DNA of 28,598 nucleotides from Thainema sp. (lineage in GTDB: Bacteria > Cyanobacteriota > Cyanobacteriia > Phormidesmidales > Phormidesmidaceae). The notes under the pieces were generated by a model, which worked only from the letters and a program-made list of their open reading frames with translations, was not told the origin of the DNA and did no database searches. The position numbers and the translations under genes are program-made. The stretch is from positions 1-28,598 of the forward strand of contig JBQLZK010000076.1 in NCBI GenBank assembly GCA_052168235.1, in the 5' to 3' direction. Below are positions 27,429 to 28,598 of the stretch, one piece after another (position 1 is the stretch's first letter; every line of letters starts with the position of its first letter).

Positions 27429-28598
27429 TTAAGGTAATGGTTGTCGGGCAGGGGAGAGGCCGAAGAGGAAGTCGGCTTGCAGATAGTCTTCGGAGCTGGA
27501 GAGGGTGCTGCTGAAGCTGTGGATGGAGCCGAGAAAGCGCTGAACTTCGCGAAATTCGGCTGTTTTCCATTCTGATGGCAGCAATTGATAAATCAGGGAC
27601 AGTGTTGCACCCGTATTGAGAAAGGCGTAACCATAGTTGGGATGAGGCAAGCGCTGATTGATGGCGGAAAACGGATAGGCGGTTGAGATCGGATCGAGCG
27701 GGGCGGGATTGAGCAGCGACATTTGGGACTCACCCAAGGTCATCACCAAGGTATTGTCATTCACCCAGCCATAGCTAAACACATTGGGATCAAGACTAGC
27801 GGGAACCGTGACATCTGATGGGATGCGTAGACTCGTAATCGGTTGGTCATTCACCTGGCTGGGCGTGACTTCGAGTTGCAGAGCGCTGGCTGCCAGATCG
27901 CTGAGGGCAGCGAGGGCGGTTTCGGCAGAGTTGCGATCGCGGGTTTGGATCATCACGCCTAAACCCAAGTCGAGATTAGGTAAGAAATCATCCAGCAGGC
28001 TGTAACGGCTCGGAAACAGGAATAGGCTGTATTCCCCGTCCATCCAGCGAAAGATATCCTCGTCCAAATCTAAACCTGTTGTCAATTGTGTGCCCAAGCG
28101 AGCCATGTTGAGATATTCAGCCGTCGCGGGATTGGCCTCCAGTAAACTACTCACCGTTAGCCACAGTTTCGACAAATCTTGACCGCTGGCGAGAAAATAA
28201 GTTGGTGCAGGAATCTGCTCATAGATTTGATCTACGTCATCGAGCAGCGCATAGCTGAGCTGCGGTAAGCGGAAATGGACGCGGCTTTGGAATTGAATCC
28301 CTTCTGGCTCTAGCGTGACGAAGTTCTCTACGGTATCAATGGCGGTTGCGGCCAGCTCTAGCGCCTGGAAAAAGCTGGCTTCGGAATCAATCGGTAATTC
28401 TGAGGGTGAGGGGACGGGCGGAATCGGAAACGGTGCGCCAGGAGGAAGCGGCGGCATTTCGACGCCAAATCCGCTAAAGCGGGAGAGTTGATCGAGATTA
28501 CCGTAGCTAACGATTAAAGAGCGCTCAAACTTGTCATCGGCAAGGACGCGCTGGAAGTCGTTGTTTTCGGCGAGGGGTTCGGGGGGGAGGGAGAGGGG
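27429..28598 (-). CDS. DUF3352-like hypothetical protein, 3' part; frame open to the window end
   Basis: The frame extends past the ATG at 28457 to 28598 with no stop (PLSLPPEPLAENNDFQRVL...). Motifs TGLDLDEDIFRWMDGEY, YGWVNDNTL and LPHPNYGYAFLN. Confidence 0.65.
   Translation of the reverse strand, partial: PLSLPPEPLAENNDFQRVLADDKFERSLIVSYGNLDQLSRFSGFGVEMPPLPPGAPFPIPPVPSPSELPIDSEASFFQALELAATAIDTVENFVTLEPEGIQFQSRVHFRLPQLSYALLDDVDQIYEQIPAPTYFLASGQDLSKLWLTVSSLLEANPATAEYLNMARLGTQLTTGLDLDEDIFRWMDGEYSLFLFPSRYSLLDDFLPNLDLGLGVMIQTRDRNSAETALAALSDLAASALQLEVTPSQVNDQPITSLRIPSDVTVPASLDPNVFSYGWVNDNTLVMTLGESQMSLLNPAPLDPISTAYPFSAINQRLPHPNYGYAFLNTGATLSLIYQLLPSEWKTAEFREVQRFLGSIHSFSSTLSSSEDYLQADFLFGLSPARQPLP

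Noticed and set aside
27223..27570. 115-aa minus-strand ORF with STASTASTA repeats
   Set aside because: Out-of-frame overlap of two real genes plus the 9-bp tandem repeat.

Overview
Cyanobacterial chromosomal DNA: HIP1 octamers (GCGATCGC) are frequent and photosystem genes are present. A filamentous non-heterocystous Leptolyngbya-like host is an inference only. Most of the window is core genome: yvcK, two M23 peptidases, a small Rieske lipoprotein, 2-Cys peroxiredoxin, tRNA-Met, ndhR/ccmR with its ATAG-N8-CTAT operator, moeB-mec, glcD, psaI, the rubA-ycf48-psbEFLJ operon divergent from ndhCKJ, cugP, scpA, a CBS-CP12 fusion and a partial DUF3352-like gene. The left 4.4 kb looks accessory. It holds a CHAT (caspase-like) protease gene missing from the ORF track, running off the window with a nest of in-frame REP/SDR repeats just after its catalytic Cys, a TerB-like/DUF1232 fusion, and a divergent PD-(D/E)XK nuclease-DUF2075 helicase. 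This trio is the best candidate for an undescribed, possibly anti-phage system (inference). Also noted: an 88-bp MITE-like element with a 3-bp target duplication, a hidden 34-codon ORF or structured RNA, and several unusually long perfect inverted repeats. Family assignments come from motif recognition; no database search was run.
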